Positions 23,380 to 35,101 of a stretch of 64,000 nucleotides of DNA are shown in pieces (position 1 is the stretch's first letter; the number at the start of each line of letters is the position of its first letter). The translations under genes were made by a program, and so were the position numbers. The stretch lies in assembly GCF_053078305.1 (NCBI RefSeq), contig NZ_CP166879.1; one strand, 5' to 3'. The notes under the pieces were generated by a model that was not told the origin of the DNA, did no database searches, and saw nothing but the letters and a program-made list of their open reading frames with translations.

Positions 23380-24669
23380 ATGACGCGCCGTGCTATCGGG
23401 GTGAGTGAAAGACCGCCACTTTTACAGACAATCCCGCTTAGTTTGCAACATTTGTTCGCCATGTTTGGTGCAACCGTCCTGGTGCCCGTCTTATTTCATA
23501 TTAACCCGGCGACTGTACTGTTATTTAACGGTATTGGAACGCTGCTGTATCTCTTCATCTGTAAAGGGAAAATTCCGGCTTATCTTGGTTCCAGCTTTGC
23601 CTTTATTTCACCGGTATTGCTGCTGTTGCCGTTGGGGTATGAAGTCGCGCTGGGCGGCTTTATTATGTGCGGCGTGCTGTTTTGCCTGGTTTCTTTTATC
23701 GTGAAGAAAGCGGGGACCGGCTGGCTGGACGTGCTGTTTCCACCTGCGGCAATGGGCGCAATCGTTGCCGTCATCGGTCTGGAGCTGGCGGGCGTAGCTG
23801 CCGGTATGGCGGGTTTACTCCCGGCTGAAGGGCAAACGCCAGACTCCAAAACCATCATCATCTCTATTACCACCCTGGCGGTCACGGTTTTAGGTTCCGT
23901 GCTGTTCCGTGGTTTCCTGGCAATTATCCCGATTTTAATTGGCGTGCTGGTGGGGTACGCGCTCTCTTTCGCAATGGGAATTGTCGATACCACGCCGATT
24001 ATTAATGCTCACTGGTTTGCGCTGCCAACCCTCTATACGCCGCGCTTCGAGTGGTTTGCCATTCTGACTATTCTGCCAGCGGCGTTAGTGGTTATTGCCG
24101 AACACGTAGGGCACCTGGTAGTAACGGCTAATATCGTCAAAAAAGATCTGCTGCGCGATCCAGGTCTGCACCGTTCGATGTTTGCTAACGGCTTGTCGAC
24201 CGTGATTTCCGGCTTCTTTGGCTCCACGCCAAACACCACCTACGGGGAAAACATTGGCGTGATGGCGATCACCCGTGTTTACAGTACCTGGGTTATCGGC
24301 GGGGCGGCGATTTTCGCTATCCTGCTTTCCTGCGTCGGTAAACTGGCTGCCGCTATCCAGATGATCCCATTGCCGGTGATGGGCGGCGTTTCGCTGCTGC
24401 TTTATGGTGTCATCGGTGCTTCCGGTATTCGTGTTTTGATCGAATCGAAAGTGGATTACAACAAAGCACAGAACCTGATCCTGACTTCCGTGATTTTGAT
24501 CATCGGCGTCAGTGGCGCGAAGGTAAACATCGGCGCGGCGGAGTTGAAAGGTATGGCGCTGGCGACCATCGTCGGTATCGGCTTAAGTTTGATTTTCAAA
24601 CTGATCAGTGTGCTGCGCCCTGAAGAAGTGGTGCTGGACGCAGAAGACGCGGATATAACAGACAAATAA
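23380..24669 (+). CDS. uraA: uracil:H+ symporter
   Basis: 429 aa from ATG 23380 ([24 protein letters not shown]...), polytopic NCS2-family sequence. Confidence 0.95.
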   Translation: MTRRAIGVSERPPLLQTIPLSLQHLFAMFGATVLVPVLFHINPATVLLFNGIGTLLYLFICKGKIPAYLGSSFAFISPVLLLLPLGYEVALGGFIMCGVLFCLVSFIVKKAGTGWLDVLFPPAAMGAIVAVIGLELAGVAAGMAGLLPAEGQTPDSKTIIISITTLAVTVLGSVLFRGFLAIIPILIGVLVGYALSFAMGIVDTTPIINAHWFALPTLYTPRFEWFAILTILPAALVVIAEHVGHLVVTANIVKKDLLRDPGLHRSMFANGLSTVISGFFGSTPNTTYGENIGVMAITRVYSTWVIGGAAIFAILLSCVGKLAAAIQMIPLPVMGGVSLLLYGVIGASGIRVLIESKVDYNKAQNLILTSVILIIGVSGAKVNIGAAELKGMALATIVGIGLSLIFKLISVLRPEEVVLDAEDADITDK

Positions 24670-24676
24670 TGTACCG

Positions 24677-24699
24677 ACCGGGCAGTGTTGCTGCCCGGT
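24677..24699 (+). other. perfect 9-bp-stem hairpin after uraA (no U-tract)
   Basis: accgggcag tgttg ctgcccggt. Confidence 0.35.
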
Positions 24700-24763
24700 T
24701 CAAACATCATGGCATTCTGTGGTAAACTTCTCGCGATTTTGTGAAATCCTGGTTGAGGTATCT

Positions 24764-25465
24764 CTGAACACACCGGCACAGCTCTCTTTGCCACTTTATC
24801 TTCCTGACGACGAAACCTTTGCAAGTTTCTGGCCGGGGGATAACTCCTCTTTACTGGCCGCGCTGCAAAACGTGCTGCGTCAGGAACATAGCGGTTACAT
24901 CTATCTCTGGGCACGCGAAGGCGCGGGGCGCAGCCATCTGCTGCACGCGGCTTGCGCGGAATTGTCGCAGCGTGGCGATGCGGTGGGCTATGTCCCGCTG
25001 GATAAACGCACCTGGTTTGTTCCGGAAGTGCTCGACGGTATGGAGCATTTGTCGCTGGTCTGTATCGACAACATTGAGTGTATTGCAGGCGATGAGTTGT
25101 GGGAGATGGCGATTTTCGATCTCTACAATCGAATTCTGGAATCGGGCAAAACACGGTTGTTGATCACCGGCGATCGTCCACCGCGGCAGTTGAATCTGGG
25201 ATTACCGGATCTCGCGTCGCGACTCGACTGGGGGCAGATCTACAAATTGCAGCCACTTTCTGATGAAGATAAGTTGCAGGCGCTACAGTTACGCGCGCGT
25301 TTGCGTGGTTTTGAACTGCCGGAAGATGTGGGGCGTTTCTTGCTGAAGCGGCTCGACAGAGAAATGCGCACGCTATTTATGACGTTGGATCAGTTGGATC
25401 GTGCGTCGATTACCGCGCAACGTAAATTGACCATTCCGTTTGTGAAAGAAATTCTGAAGTTGTAG
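24764..25465 (+). CDS. hda: Hda, DnaA-inactivating AAA+ protein (RIDA), CUG start
   Basis: Product begins at [21 protein letters not shown]... with no in-frame ATG; the codon before NTPAQ is CTG (24764..24766); Walker A GAGRSHLL. Confidence 0.85.
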
Positions 25466-25478
25466 ATAAGGTGTGTAT

Positions 25479-25576
25479 TGTCGGATGCGGCGCGAACGCC
25501 TTATCCGAACTACGCGAAGTTAATCCATAGTATTCGTAGGCCGGATAAGACGTGGCAAGCGTCGCATCCGGCAATG
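25479..25576. repeat. REP/BIME element (two inverted REP units)
   Basis: tgtcggatgcggcgcgaacgccttatccgaactac and gtaggccggataagacgtggcaagcgtcgcatccggcaatg. Confidence 0.75.
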
Positions 25577-25602
25577 TGCTTCAACTAGCGATGGAGCACA
25601 TC

Positions 25603-25962
25603 TTAACCCACGATTTCCAGTACCTGCTCCGGTGGACGACCAATCCGCGCTTTGCCATTCGCGACCACAATCGGGCGCTCCATCAGCTTCGGATTATCCA
25701 CCATTGCCTGAATTAGCGCCTCTTCGCTAAGCGAACTGTCAGCCAGGTTCAGTTCTTTATAAAGATCCTCTTTCTGGCGCATCAATTCACGGGCGCTATT
25801 CATCCCCAGCATTTTCAGCAAATCGCGCAGCGTTGCCGCATCGGCGGGTGTCTCAAGGTAGAGCACCACTTCTGGCTCCACGCCGTTTTCTTTCAGCAGG
25901 TTCAGCGTTTCCCGGCTCTTTGAACAGCGTGGGTTATGGTAGATTTTTACCTGTTTGGTCAT
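25603..25962 (-). CDS. yfgD: ArsC-family (arsenate reductase-like) protein
   Basis: 119 aa, N-terminal CSKS redox motif. Confidence 0.9.
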   Translation of the reverse strand: MTKQVKIYHNPRCSKSRETLNLLKENGVEPEVVLYLETPADAATLRDLLKMLGMNSARELMRQKEDLYKELNLADSSLSEEALIQAMVDNPKLMERPIVVANGKARIGRPPEQVLEIVG

Positions 25963-25982
25963 TGTTCTTCCTTTAATGCGAA

Positions 25983-27446
25983 TTACATCTTGGTATAAGG
26001 CTTAAAGCGTTCCTGCAGCTGGCGCAACTGGTCGATGCGCGCATCGTAACGCGCTTGTTGCAGGCTGCCTAATTTCACCTGCGAACTGGCGCTACTCAAC
26101 AGCGAAATAGCCTGATCGAGTCGCCCGGCGAGCGCATAACCTTCTGCTCGCGCAGCCAGTTCCTGATCGCGGTTATTTAGCGCGGCTTCCGCCTGTGCCA
26201 GTAAATCCCAGCCGTTACTGTCATCTTTATTATTAAAGGTGTAGCGATTAAGAATATTGGCCGCTTCTTGTGGTTGACCGCCTTGTAGATAAGCGTTCGC
26301 CAGGTTGAGCTGCAACACAGGATTGGTGCGCAAATCGCGGGCATTTTTCAGACGATTGATCGCCTCATTGGCTTTGTTTTGCCCAAGATCGATATCAGTA
26401 GCCAGATCGAGATACCATGCGTTGCCAGGTTCTGCCGCCAGTAACGGTTGCAGCGTTTTACGCGCCTCGTCGTATTTATTGGCTTCCATCGCCTGTAAAG
26501 CACGACCATATTGTGCTGCTCGTTGCTGACGAACGTTTCCTTTCGCCCATTCATCCAGCAAATCACTGGTGAGCTGGTTACGTCCGGAATTATACATCCC
26601 CAGTGTGCGCGCTTTCGCCAGATAGAAATCTTCCGACGACTGCACCACCATCGGGCGCATCTGATTAGCACGGTTGCGGGCATCTGCCAGACGACTTTCC
26701 GGCAACGGGTGAGTCAATAAAATTTCCGGCGGACGCGAGGAGTAACGCGCCTGATCGAGTAATTTTTCGAGGAAGGTCGGCATCGCCTGCGGATCGAATC
26801 CTGAGCGTTGCAGCACCTGAATACCAATGCGGTCCGCTTCCTGTTCATTTTGCTGGGTGAAACTGATCATCCCCTGACGCGTTCCCGCCAGTGTACCGGT
26901 CAGCGCCGCCATCCCCGCCTGCGGACTGGCCATCGCCAGTAAAATAGAACCTAACGCGCCGACCCAGGTCAGCGGCGCGCTGCGCTGCTGATCTTCCATC
27001 GCTCGCGCCAGGTGACGTTGGGTGACGTGGGAGATTTCGTGCGCCATAACTGAAGCCAGTTGACTTTCGTTATCGGAATAACGGAACAGGGCAGAGTGCA
27101 GCACCACGTTGCCGCCAAAGAAAGCAAAGGCGTTAATTTCGTCGTTGTTGATCAGAAAGAAATGAAACGGTGTCTTAACCGAATTGGCATGCGAAACCAG
27201 ACGCATCCCCAGCGAATTAATATATTGCGTTAACAGCGGGTCATTAATTAACGGCGCGCTGCCGCGTAGCTGGCGGACATAATAGTCGCCCATCTGCATT
27301 TCCTGACCAATGGAAAGCGTGCTTCCTGCGGAGGTTCCCATATCCGGCAAGGTGTCTGCGCTGTCGGCAAACGCCGGGGCTACCTGACCAATGGTCATAG
27401 CAGCAATGAGGGTTGCAACCAGGTTTTTTTTCAACTGCCTGAACAT
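25983..27446 (-). CDS. bepA: BepA, periplasmic beta-barrel assembly-enhancing M48 metalloprotease with TPR domain
   Basis: 487 aa, signal peptide, HEISH zinc motif; recognised as YfgC/BepA. Confidence 0.94.
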
Positions 27447-27658
27447 AACCTCTATCCTGTATTTCTGAAGATAGTCATTTGACCGATACTGTGAAATATC
27501 GTTCCCACCGCGCCGCCTTTGAGTGTAACGGCGAAGATTAGCCCACTCAAATGACTTTTCAGTTTCCTGAATCCGTCATAAAAAGCGAAGTCTTTTTTGT
27601 GACATTTCGATACAATTGCGGATCGCAATCCCGCTCTTGAGGTTCAGGGAAGGTCTTT

Positions 27659-28720
27659 ATGCTCGAAATGTTGATGCAATGGTATCGCCGCCGTTTTAGC
27701 GACCCGGAAGCGATTGCCTTGCTGGTTATTTTAGTTGCCGGATTTGGCATTATCTTTTTCTTTAGTGGCCTGCTTGCTCCGTTGCTGGTGGCTATTGTGC
27801 TGGCCTATTTGCTGGAATGGCCAACCGTGCGCCTGCAATCTATTGGCTGCTCCCGCCGCTGGGCGACGTCGATTGTATTGGTGGTTTTCGTCGGTATATT
27901 GCTACTGATGGCGTTCGTGGTACTGCCTATCGCCTGGCAACAGGGCATCTACTTAATCCGCGATATGCCGGGGATGCTCAATAAGCTTTCTGACTTTGCC
28001 GCCACGTTGCCGCGCCGCTATCCGGCGTTAATGGACGCGGGCATTATTGATGCAATGGCCGAAAATATGCGCAGTCGGATGCTGACCATGGGCGATTCGG
28101 TGGTGAAAATTTCCCTCGCCTCGCTGGTCGGTTTGCTGACCATTGCCGTCTATCTGGTGCTGGTGCCATTGATGGTCTTCTTCCTGCTGAAAGACAAAGA
28201 GCAGATGCTGAATGCCGTTCGCCGGGTGCTGCCGCGTAACCGTGGGCTGGCAGGACAGGTGTGGAAGGAGATGAATCAACAAATCACCAACTATATCCGC
28301 GGCAAAGTGCTGGAGATGATCGTGGTGGGGATCGCCACCTGGCTGGGGTTCTTGCTCTTTGGGCTGAACTATTCGCTGCTGCTGGCGGTGCTGGTCGGCT
28401 TCTCGGTACTTATTCCGTACATTGGCGCATTTGTGGTGACCATTCCTGTGGTTGGCGTGGCGCTATTCCAGTTTGGTGCAGGCACGGAATTCTGGAGCTG
28501 CTTCGCAGTGTATCTGATTATTCAGGCGCTGGACGGTAATCTGTTAGTACCGGTGTTGTTCTCCGAAGCGGTTAACCTGCATCCGCTGGTGATTATTTTA
28601 TCGGTGGTGATCTTCGGTGGTTTGTGGGGATTCTGGGGCGTATTCTTCGCCATTCCATTGGCGACGCTGATCAAAGCCGTGATCCACGCCTGGCCCGATG
28701 GTCAAATAGCGCAAGAATAA
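27659..28720 (+). CDS. perM: AI-2E family transporter / permease PerM
   Basis: 353 aa polytopic membrane protein recognised as YfgO/PerM. Confidence 0.9.
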   Translation: MLEMLMQWYRRRFSDPEAIALLVILVAGFGIIFFFSGLLAPLLVAIVLAYLLEWPTVRLQSIGCSRRWATSIVLVVFVGILLLMAFVVLPIAWQQGIYLIRDMPGMLNKLSDFAATLPRRYPALMDAGIIDAMAENMRSRMLTMGDSVVKISLASLVGLLTIAVYLVLVPLMVFFLLKDKEQMLNAVRRVLPRNRGLAGQVWKEMNQQITNYIRGKVLEMIVVGIATWLGFLLFGLNYSLLLAVLVGFSVLIPYIGAFVVTIPVVGVALFQFGAGTEFWSCFAVYLIIQALDGNLLVPVLFSEAVNLHPLVIILSVVIFGGLWGFWGVFFAIPLATLIKAVIHAWPDGQIAQE

Positions 28721-28724
28721 TCTT

Positions 28725-28757
28725 CAGCCCGACGAACTGTTTCGCCGGGCTGATTTT
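28725..28757. terminator. bidirectional terminator between convergent perM and focB
   Basis: cagcccg...cgggctg stem followed by attttt on the plus strand. Confidence 0.55.
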
Positions 28758-29606
28758 TCAGGATTCCTGACGTAAATAAATAGCCCGATAACAAATACTC
28801 ACCAGCACTGCACCGCCGATAATATTACCCAGCATCACCGGGAGCAGATTGGCGGTAATAAAATGGCTGACCGTCAGTGCAGGAAAATTGTCTGCGCTAC
28901 TGTGCGCCAGTTGCCAGAAGGGGCGTGGGGCAAAATGGCGAATGGCAATGGCGAACGGAATCACAAACAAATTGGCGATACAGTGCTCAAAGCCACTGGC
29001 GACAAACAGGGTGATGGGCAAAATCATGGCGACGATTTTGTCGCATAACGAACGCCCGCAATAACTCATCCACAGCGCCAGGCAAACCATCAGATTGCAC
29101 ATAATGCCGAGGCTGACAGATTCAGTAAATGTATGATGCATTTTGCCCTCGGCGCAGTGTAAAACCGCGACTCCCCACATCGCGTTTTCACTCATCACCA
29201 GCCCGGAAAACCAGATTAACAAACTGAAACAGGCAATACCTGCCAGATTACCGCAGGCCACCAGAAGTGCGTTAATCAGCCAAGTTCGCCAACTAATAAC
29301 GCCCCGACTTTTTGCCATCACCGTCATTACCGACGAGGTGAACAGGCTGGTGCCACAAACCGCCAGCAAAATAAAGCCGAGTGTAAAGCAAAGGCCGCCC
29401 ACCAGATGGGTTAATGCCTGTGAAGACGGGGCATCGGCGATAACGGAAAGGTAAAAAGTAAATCCAATCGCCATAAACACGCCAGCGGACATCGCCATTA
29501 AAAAGACCGATACATTGCTGCGGGCAATTTTATGGGCAGCAATCCGTTCAGCGATTGCCGCTTTTCTGGCGCTCAACTGCAAGTCGAAAGAGAGTTTATT
29601 TCTCAT
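28758..29606 (-). CDS. focB: formate channel FocB (FNT family)
   Basis: 282 aa polytopic FNT-family sequence; last gene of the hyf cluster. Confidence 0.92.
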   Translation of the reverse strand: MRNKLSFDLQLSARKAAIAERIAAHKIARSNVSVFLMAMSAGVFMAIGFTFYLSVIADAPSSQALTHLVGGLCFTLGFILLAVCGTSLFTSSVMTVMAKSRGVISWRTWLINALLVACGNLAGIACFSLLIWFSGLVMSENAMWGVAVLHCAEGKMHHTFTESVSLGIMCNLMVCLALWMSYCGRSLCDKIVAMILPITLFVASGFEHCIANLFVIPFAIAIRHFAPRPFWQLAHSSADNFPALTVSHFITANLLPVMLGNIIGGAVLVSICYRAIYLRQES

Positions 29607-29627
29607 GCATACTCCTGCAAAAACAGA

Positions 29628-31640
29628 TTACAACACCTCGCGAACCGAGATCCCCAGACGCTGCATTCGTGACAGCAGCGTGGTGCGCTTCATCCCTAAT
29701 CGTGTCGCCGCGCCACGGGGCCCGGCAACAATGCCATTGGTTTCTCGCAATACCTGAACAATGCGCTGACGTTCTTCTTCGTCATTCTCTGGCGTCGTCG
29801 GGTGCAGCAACTGCGCCATTGAACTGCGAAGCGCTGAATCTTCATTTAGCGTCGGCAGTAAACGGCTTTGTCGGACATTAAGATGTAAATTCAGACTGTT
29901 ACCGCGAGTCAGCAGTACCGCTCGCTCAATCACGTTTTCCAGCTCGCGCACGTTGCCCGGCCAGTCCCACGACATCAACTGGCGTAGCGCCTCGGTTGGG
30001 ATGGCGTCAATTGCGCGATTCATATGGCGCGCCATTTTTTGCGTGAAATGTTTTGCTAAAAGAGGGATATCTTCCGGACGGTCGCGTAGCGGCGGCAATT
30101 CCAGTGGGAAGACATTCAGGCGATAAAAGAGATCGCTGCGAAACTGGCGATCTTCAACCATTTGCCACAAATCACGGTTGGTGGCGGCAATGACTCTGAC
30201 ATTCACCGGGATCGTTCTACTCCCGCCGAGACGCTCAATCTCCCGCTCCTGCAATACGCGCAGCAATTTAGGCTGAAGTTCTAACGGCAGATCGCCAATT
30301 TCATCGAGAAACAACGTGCCGCCATCGGCAATTTCAAAACGACCACGATGGGTATTAATCGCACCAGTAAACGCCCCTTTGTCATGACCGAATAACTCAC
30401 TTTCCAGAAGACTGGCGGGGATGGCAGCGCAGTTGATTTTGACCAGCGGTTTGTCGCGTCGCGGGCTAAGTTGATGGATCGCTCTGGCGATCACCTCTTT
30501 GCCGGTTCCGGTTTCACCGCAAATCAACACCGTACTGTCGCTCTTCGCCACAATATCTACCTGCTGGAGCAGGTCTTCCATTGCCTGGCTTTGATAGATA
30601 ATGTCACCGACGCCCAGATTCGAAAGGAGCTGCTCGCTAAGCTGGTGGTTTTCTTGCTGCAAACTTTCCTGCAAATCGGTCATGCTACGCCAGGCATCGG
30701 CATTGCCAACGGCAATAGCGATGCGATCGGCTATGTGTTGTAGTAGCTGGCAGTTTTCCTCACTAAAGAGAGTGGAAGAGGTATGCGCCAGCAACAATGC
30801 ACCCGGTGTATGGTTGCCAAAGGTAAGCGGTATCAGGAGCGCAGATTCGCAGCCGTTAGATGCAAGTAAGTGTAATAATGGGTCGCGTTGCCAGAGAAAC
30901 AGATCGTCTGCACGGTGCGTCAAGGTCGGTTGTCGGGTTTGTAGCGTTTGTGTCAGCAATACACTGTCGCCAGGCATATTGCGTGGCAGACACGCACAAT
31001 GTGAGGCAGAAAGATCGCTGCACCACAGGCTGAACTTCTCGTTCTTTCGATGATCGCCCAGTACCATACTGACTGAAGCCAGACCGAAAAAATGATGGAT
31101 CTCACGGGCGACGTCAGCGATCAGATCGTCGAGATCAAGATGTGACAGCACTGCATTAGTGATATCCACCAGTACCCGATGATGATCGCGATCTTTCTCC
31201 AGCAAACGCAGCGCCACCTGTTGTTCTTCATCATTGAGCCATGATTGCAGAACCGGGGTGATAATGCGTGCCAGCCAGTTAAACAGTGTGCAATCCTGGG
31301 GAGTAAAACGGCTGCCGTGGGTACGAATAAAGCGTAGCTCCGCCATTCCACTACTGCCGAGAAGGACGGCGTGACGCGAATAATCGACCATCTCGCCCTG
31401 ATACTCTACTGTTGCCGTCACATCGCTGCCATCATCATGGTAGCGGTAATAGAAGTTGCTTTTGAGAACATGCAGTTCAATAAGTTGTACCGGGCTGAAC
31501 GGCGGCGGCAGCGGGATGAAGGCGCGTAATAAAGACGCCTTGCCGTGTTTCTGCGCTAACCGCTCCGCGAGCATTCCGTTTACCGCTTCAATTGTTATTC
31601 CTTGCGGCGGGGCAAACATCGCCTCGTCTGACATAGCCAT
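29628..31640 (-). CDS. hyfR: HyfR, sigma54-dependent transcriptional activator (FhlA-like)
   Basis: GAF N-terminus, AAA+ sigma54-interaction domain ([14 protein letters not shown]), C-terminal HTH; ATG at 31640 chosen (track ORF begins at TTG 31643; another ATG at 31634). Confidence 0.9.
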   Translation of the reverse strand: MAMSDEAMFAPPQGITIEAVNGMLAERLAQKHGKASLLRAFIPLPPPFSPVQLIELHVLKSNFYYRYHDDGSDVTATVEYQGEMVDYSRHAVLLGSSGMAELRFIRTHGSRFTPQDCTLFNWLARIITPVLQSWLNDEEQQVALRLLEKDRDHHRVLVDITNAVLSHLDLDDLIADVAREIHHFFGLASVSMVLGDHRKNEKFSLWCSDLSASHCACLPRNMPGDSVLLTQTLQTRQPTLTHRADDLFLWQRDPLLHLLASNGCESALLIPLTFGNHTPGALLLAHTSSTLFSEENCQLLQHIADRIAIAVGNADAWRSMTDLQESLQQENHQLSEQLLSNLGVGDIIYQSQAMEDLLQQVDIVAKSDSTVLICGETGTGKEVIARAIHQLSPRRDKPLVKINCAAIPASLLESELFGHDKGAFTGAINTHRGRFEIADGGTLFLDEIGDLPLELQPKLLRVLQEREIERLGGSRTIPVNVRVIAATNRDLWQMVEDRQFRSDLFYRLNVFPLELPPLRDRPEDIPLLAKHFTQKMARHMNRAIDAIPTEALRQLMSWDWPGNVRELENVIERAVLLTRGNSLNLHLNVRQSRLLPTLNEDSALRSSMAQLLHPTTPENDEEERQRIVQVLRETNGIVAGPRGAATRLGMKRTTLLSRMQRLGISVREVL

Positions 31641-31669
31641 CAACAGTCCTTATTAATGAGAAATCCTTC

Positions 31670-32083
31670 TCACGCAATTTTTCTGGCCATCAGATAGATG
31701 GCCGGTTCCAGCACAATTTCATCCAACAGATGAATGAATTGAATGCTACGCGCCTGCCACGCCGACGTCGCGTCATCTGCCAGTGGCGCGAATGCCCGGG
31801 TCAACAGGGCGGTGTGGCTGGCGTCAATAACAATCTCACCAAAGGTCATCACCCCCAGCATCTTACGTCGGGCTTGCTTCTCTTCGACCTGTGCAAGCCA
31901 ATCTTCGTATTCCGTCTGTGGGCAGCGGAAGGCGACATTCAGACAATCAATCACGCCAACGTGATGACCGATAGCCAACGAGTAATACATTACCTGGGAG
32001 CTGTGTTCCGGCATCTCGTCGCTACTGGCGATAAATTTTTTTCGCAGCGTCCAGAAAACAATTTCCCCGCACTCTTCAGTCAT
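31670..32083 (-). CDS. hyfJ: HyfJ (HycH-like hydrogenase maturation/assembly protein)
   Basis: 137 aa from ATG 32083 ([13 protein letters not shown]...); overlaps the hyfI stop by 8 nt. Confidence 0.88.
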   Translation of the reverse strand: MTEECGEIVFWTLRKKFIASSDEMPEHSSQVMYYSLAIGHHVGVIDCLNVAFRCPQTEYEDWLAQVEEKQARRKMLGVMTFGEIVIDASHTALLTRAFAPLADDATSAWQARSIQFIHLLDEIVLEPAIYLMARKIA

Positions 32084-32834
32084 GTAACCCCCGGAGTACG
32101 CGAAAGAGTTGCTGAACGATACTATTGAGACGTGGATCGTCGGCATCGCGCAACCAGGTGTTAACCCGATTTCCTGTAGGATCGTCGCTTAAATGGCGCA
32201 GGAGCCGATCGCAAATTTCTCGCCCCTGACGATAGCCCGCCAGCCGCCGCGCTTCTCGCTCAATGGCGATACGCTGTGATGGCGGGATCTGCGGCCACAA
32301 CGGTTGCATAGTCACCCCGGTGGGATCGCGATAATCCACAGCGTGAATCTTCTGTTGCAGCAAACCGAGCGCCACGGCGAAACCGTGAATGGTGGCGGCC
32401 GGTGTTGGCGGGCAGCCGGGGATCCAAACATCAATGGGGACAATGGTGTCGCTGCCGCCCCAGACGCTGTAGAGATCGTGGAAAATACCGCCGCCGACAC
32501 CGCACGCGCCGTAGGAAACACAAATTTTATTATCGGGGGCAGACTCATACGCCCGAAGTGCAGGCATACGCATCGCCCGGGTGACTGCGCCAGTAAATAA
32601 CAAAATATCGGCGTGACGCGGTGATGAAACAACCTTAATGCCAAAACGTTCTGCGTCGAATACTGGTGTGATGGCGGCAAAAATTTCGATTTCACAGGCG
32701 TTGCAGCCGCCGCAATCGACGCGATAAACGTAGGCTGAGCGACGGATATCCTGTAGCAAATGCCGCTTCATCTTTTGCGTTTGCTCGTCCAGCGTGATGG
32801 GCTGGCTGACATGTTGTGTAAGCACTGGACTCAT
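32076..32834 (-). CDS. hyfI: hydrogenase-4 small subunit (HycG/NuoB-like)
   Basis: 252 aa with NuoB-type cysteine ligands (CGGCNAC ... CPGCPP). Confidence 0.93.
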   Translation of the reverse strand: MSPVLTQHVSQPITLDEQTQKMKRHLLQDIRRSAYVYRVDCGGCNACEIEIFAAITPVFDAERFGIKVVSSPRHADILLFTGAVTRAMRMPALRAYESAPDNKICVSYGACGVGGGIFHDLYSVWGGSDTIVPIDVWIPGCPPTPAATIHGFAVALGLLQQKIHAVDYRDPTGVTMQPLWPQIPPSQRIAIEREARRLAGYRQGREICDRLLRHLSDDPTGNRVNTWLRDADDPRLNSIVQQLFRVLRGLHD

Positions 32835-33376
32835 AGCTGCTCCTTAGCCACCAGCGGTACATCTGTATCGTCGTTGATCAGCGTCGCGCGTTGTTTGCAC
32901 TCCGGGCAGACGCTCGCTTGCGCCCGCAACATTTCGCGGTTTTGTGGCGCATTTTGTTGCTGTGCCAACAATTCAGCAGCCAGTGCGACGGTTTTTTGCG
33001 GGGCAAACGGGCGTTCGCAACGGCTGCAACGTTGTAGATGGAACGTCGCGCGGGTATAGAGATCGGCTTTATTGGTGACGGTCAGTTCAAAGTTATTGGT
33101 AAGCTGAATGGCTCTGGTCGGGCACACTTCTTCACAACGTCCGCAGTAAATACAACGCCCCAGATAGAGCTGCCAGGTGCGCGAATTTTGCTGGTCGTCG
33201 GTCTGGATAGTCAGCGCATTTGCCGGACAAGCACAGGCGCAGGCACCACAGGCAATACATTGGCTGGGCATCAGGTCCGGTTTCCCGCGAAAGCCTGGGC
33301 TGACCTCCAGTGGCGCGAAGGGATATTTCACCGTCGCGGTTCCGGCGCGCATAATAGTTTTCAGTAACTTCAGCAT
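32831..33376 (-). CDS. hyfH: hydrogenase-4 Fe-S subunit (HycF/NuoI-like, 2x[4Fe-4S])
   Basis: 181 aa with CxxCxxCxxxCP ferredoxin motifs. Confidence 0.93.
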   Translation of the reverse strand: MLKLLKTIMRAGTATVKYPFAPLEVSPGFRGKPDLMPSQCIACGACACACPANALTIQTDDQQNSRTWQLYLGRCIYCGRCEEVCPTRAIQLTNNFELTVTNKADLYTRATFHLQRCSRCERPFAPQKTVALAAELLAQQQNAPQNREMLRAQASVCPECKQRATLINDDTDVPLVAKEQL

Positions 33377-33385
33377 CTTCTGTCC

Positions 33386-35101
33386 TTACTTCAGCGGCGA
33401 ACGGTTACGATCAATGCCGTAGCGTTCGATCTCTTTATACGGCACGGTTTTTGACTGGCGCTTGCGCACATCAACCAGCGTCACACGGTCGGTACAGGAG
33501 TAGCAGGGATCAAGGCTACCGATAATCAGCGGTGCGTCAGAAACGGTATTGCCGCGTAGCATGTAACGCAGCACCGGCCAGTTGGCGTAGGTGGCGGCAC
33601 GACAGCGCCAGCGGAACAATTTTTGATTATCACCGAGCATGCTCCAGTGCACGTCTTCACCGCGTGGCGCTTCAACAAAGCCCAGCGCGAATGCGTGAGG
33701 TTTATAGCTAAAGCCTTCGGTCAGCAGTGGGGTATCCGGCATGTTGTCGAGAGCAAATTCCAGCATTGCCAGCGAATCAAACGTCTCTTTGACACGGACC
33801 ATCACGCGGGAGAAAACATCGCCGCCGGTGAAGGTAAACAGTGTTTTTGGAATATTGCCGTAGTCGGCATAGGGGTGATCAAAGCGCAAATCACGGGCAA
33901 AACCACTGCCGCGGATCAGCGGCCCTACATGGCTATATTCACGGGCGATTTGTCGGTCGAGAATGCCAATGCCCTGAGTGCGTTGTTCCATATTCGGCGT
34001 AGCAAGCAGCATCTCTACCAGCTCCGACACGTCGGCGCGCATCTCGCGCACCAGTTTCAGCGTTTGCAGACGTTGCTCTTTGAGAATATCGCGGCGAACA
34101 CCACCAATCAGATTCAGACCGTAGGTTTTACGCGACCCGGTCAGCAATTCCGCCATCGTCATCGACTTTTCCCGCACGCGGAAAAATTGCATAAAGCCGG
34201 TATCAAAACCAACAAAATGGCAGGAGAGGCCAAGATTGAGCAAATGACTGTGTAGCCGTTCGACTTCCAGCAGAATCGAGCGAATGGTATGCGCTCGTTG
34301 CGGCACCTCAATCCCCAGTGCATTTTCAACCGAGTTGGTATAGGCCACACTGTGGGCAAAACCGCAAATCCCACACACGCGGTCCGATAAGAAGGTCACT
34401 TCGTTGTAGCCCATCCGCGTTTCTGCCAGTTTCTCCATGCCGCGATGGACATAAAACAGACGGTAATCAGCATCGACAATTTGCTCGCCATCCACAAACA
34501 AGCGGAAGTGACCCGGTTCATCGGAGGTGATATGCAGCGGGCCGACAGGGATCACCCGCGCATCGCTGTTGCCCTCATTGATAAACGGATACGTTTCGGA
34601 ATCAGTCGTCGGTTCAGGGCGCAGTCGATAATCCATCGCATCTTTGCGCAGCGGATGCATATCTTCCGGCCAGTCATCGGGCAACACCAGGCGACGCTGA
34701 TCCGGCAGGCCAACCGGAATCAGCCCGTACATATCGCGAATTTCTCGCTCGCCCCAGACCGCGGCAGGGACGCGCGGTGTGACTGACGGAAACTCCCGAC
34801 TGTCGGCATCGACCAGCGCCTTCACCACAATCCAGCATTTTTCGGCCCCTTCCATTGAAAGGGCATAATAAACCGCGTAATGACCGTTAAGTGTCCGCTC
34901 GTCGTTGCCAAACAGGACCGGAAGCCAGCCATCATGTTGATAATAAAGATACTGTACAACGTCAGGCAGCAGATTGATTTTCACCGTAATGGTGACCTGT
35001 TCAGGCGTTTGTCGCTCTTCATCCAGCACCGCGCCGGGGAACTGCGTTTTCAGGGCGGCGAGAATCGCTTCGCCACGATTTGACGATGAATTAACGTTCA
35101 C
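33386..35101 (-). CDS. hyfG: hydrogenase-4 large [NiFe] subunit (HycE/NuoCD-like)
   Basis: [12 protein letters not shown]-terminal Ni-ligand motif and [10 protein letters not shown]-terminal motif; no in-frame ATG near the N-terminus, so GTG at 35101 proposed (overlaps the hyfF 3' end); exact start uncertain. Confidence 0.85.
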   Translation of the reverse strand: MNVNSSSNRGEAILAALKTQFPGAVLDEERQTPEQVTITVKINLLPDVVQYLYYQHDGWLPVLFGNDERTLNGHYAVYYALSMEGAEKCWIVVKALVDADSREFPSVTPRVPAAVWGEREIRDMYGLIPVGLPDQRRLVLPDDWPEDMHPLRKDAMDYRLRPEPTTDSETYPFINEGNSDARVIPVGPLHITSDEPGHFRLFVDGEQIVDADYRLFYVHRGMEKLAETRMGYNEVTFLSDRVCGICGFAHSVAYTNSVENALGIEVPQRAHTIRSILLEVERLHSHLLNLGLSCHFVGFDTGFMQFFRVREKSMTMAELLTGSRKTYGLNLIGGVRRDILKEQRLQTLKLVREMRADVSELVEMLLATPNMEQRTQGIGILDRQIAREYSHVGPLIRGSGFARDLRFDHPYADYGNIPKTLFTFTGGDVFSRVMVRVKETFDSLAMLEFALDNMPDTPLLTEGFSYKPHAFALGFVEAPRGEDVHWSMLGDNQKLFRWRCRAATYANWPVLRYMLRGNTVSDAPLIIGSLDPCYSCTDRVTLVDVRKRQSKTVPYKEIERYGIDRNRSPLK

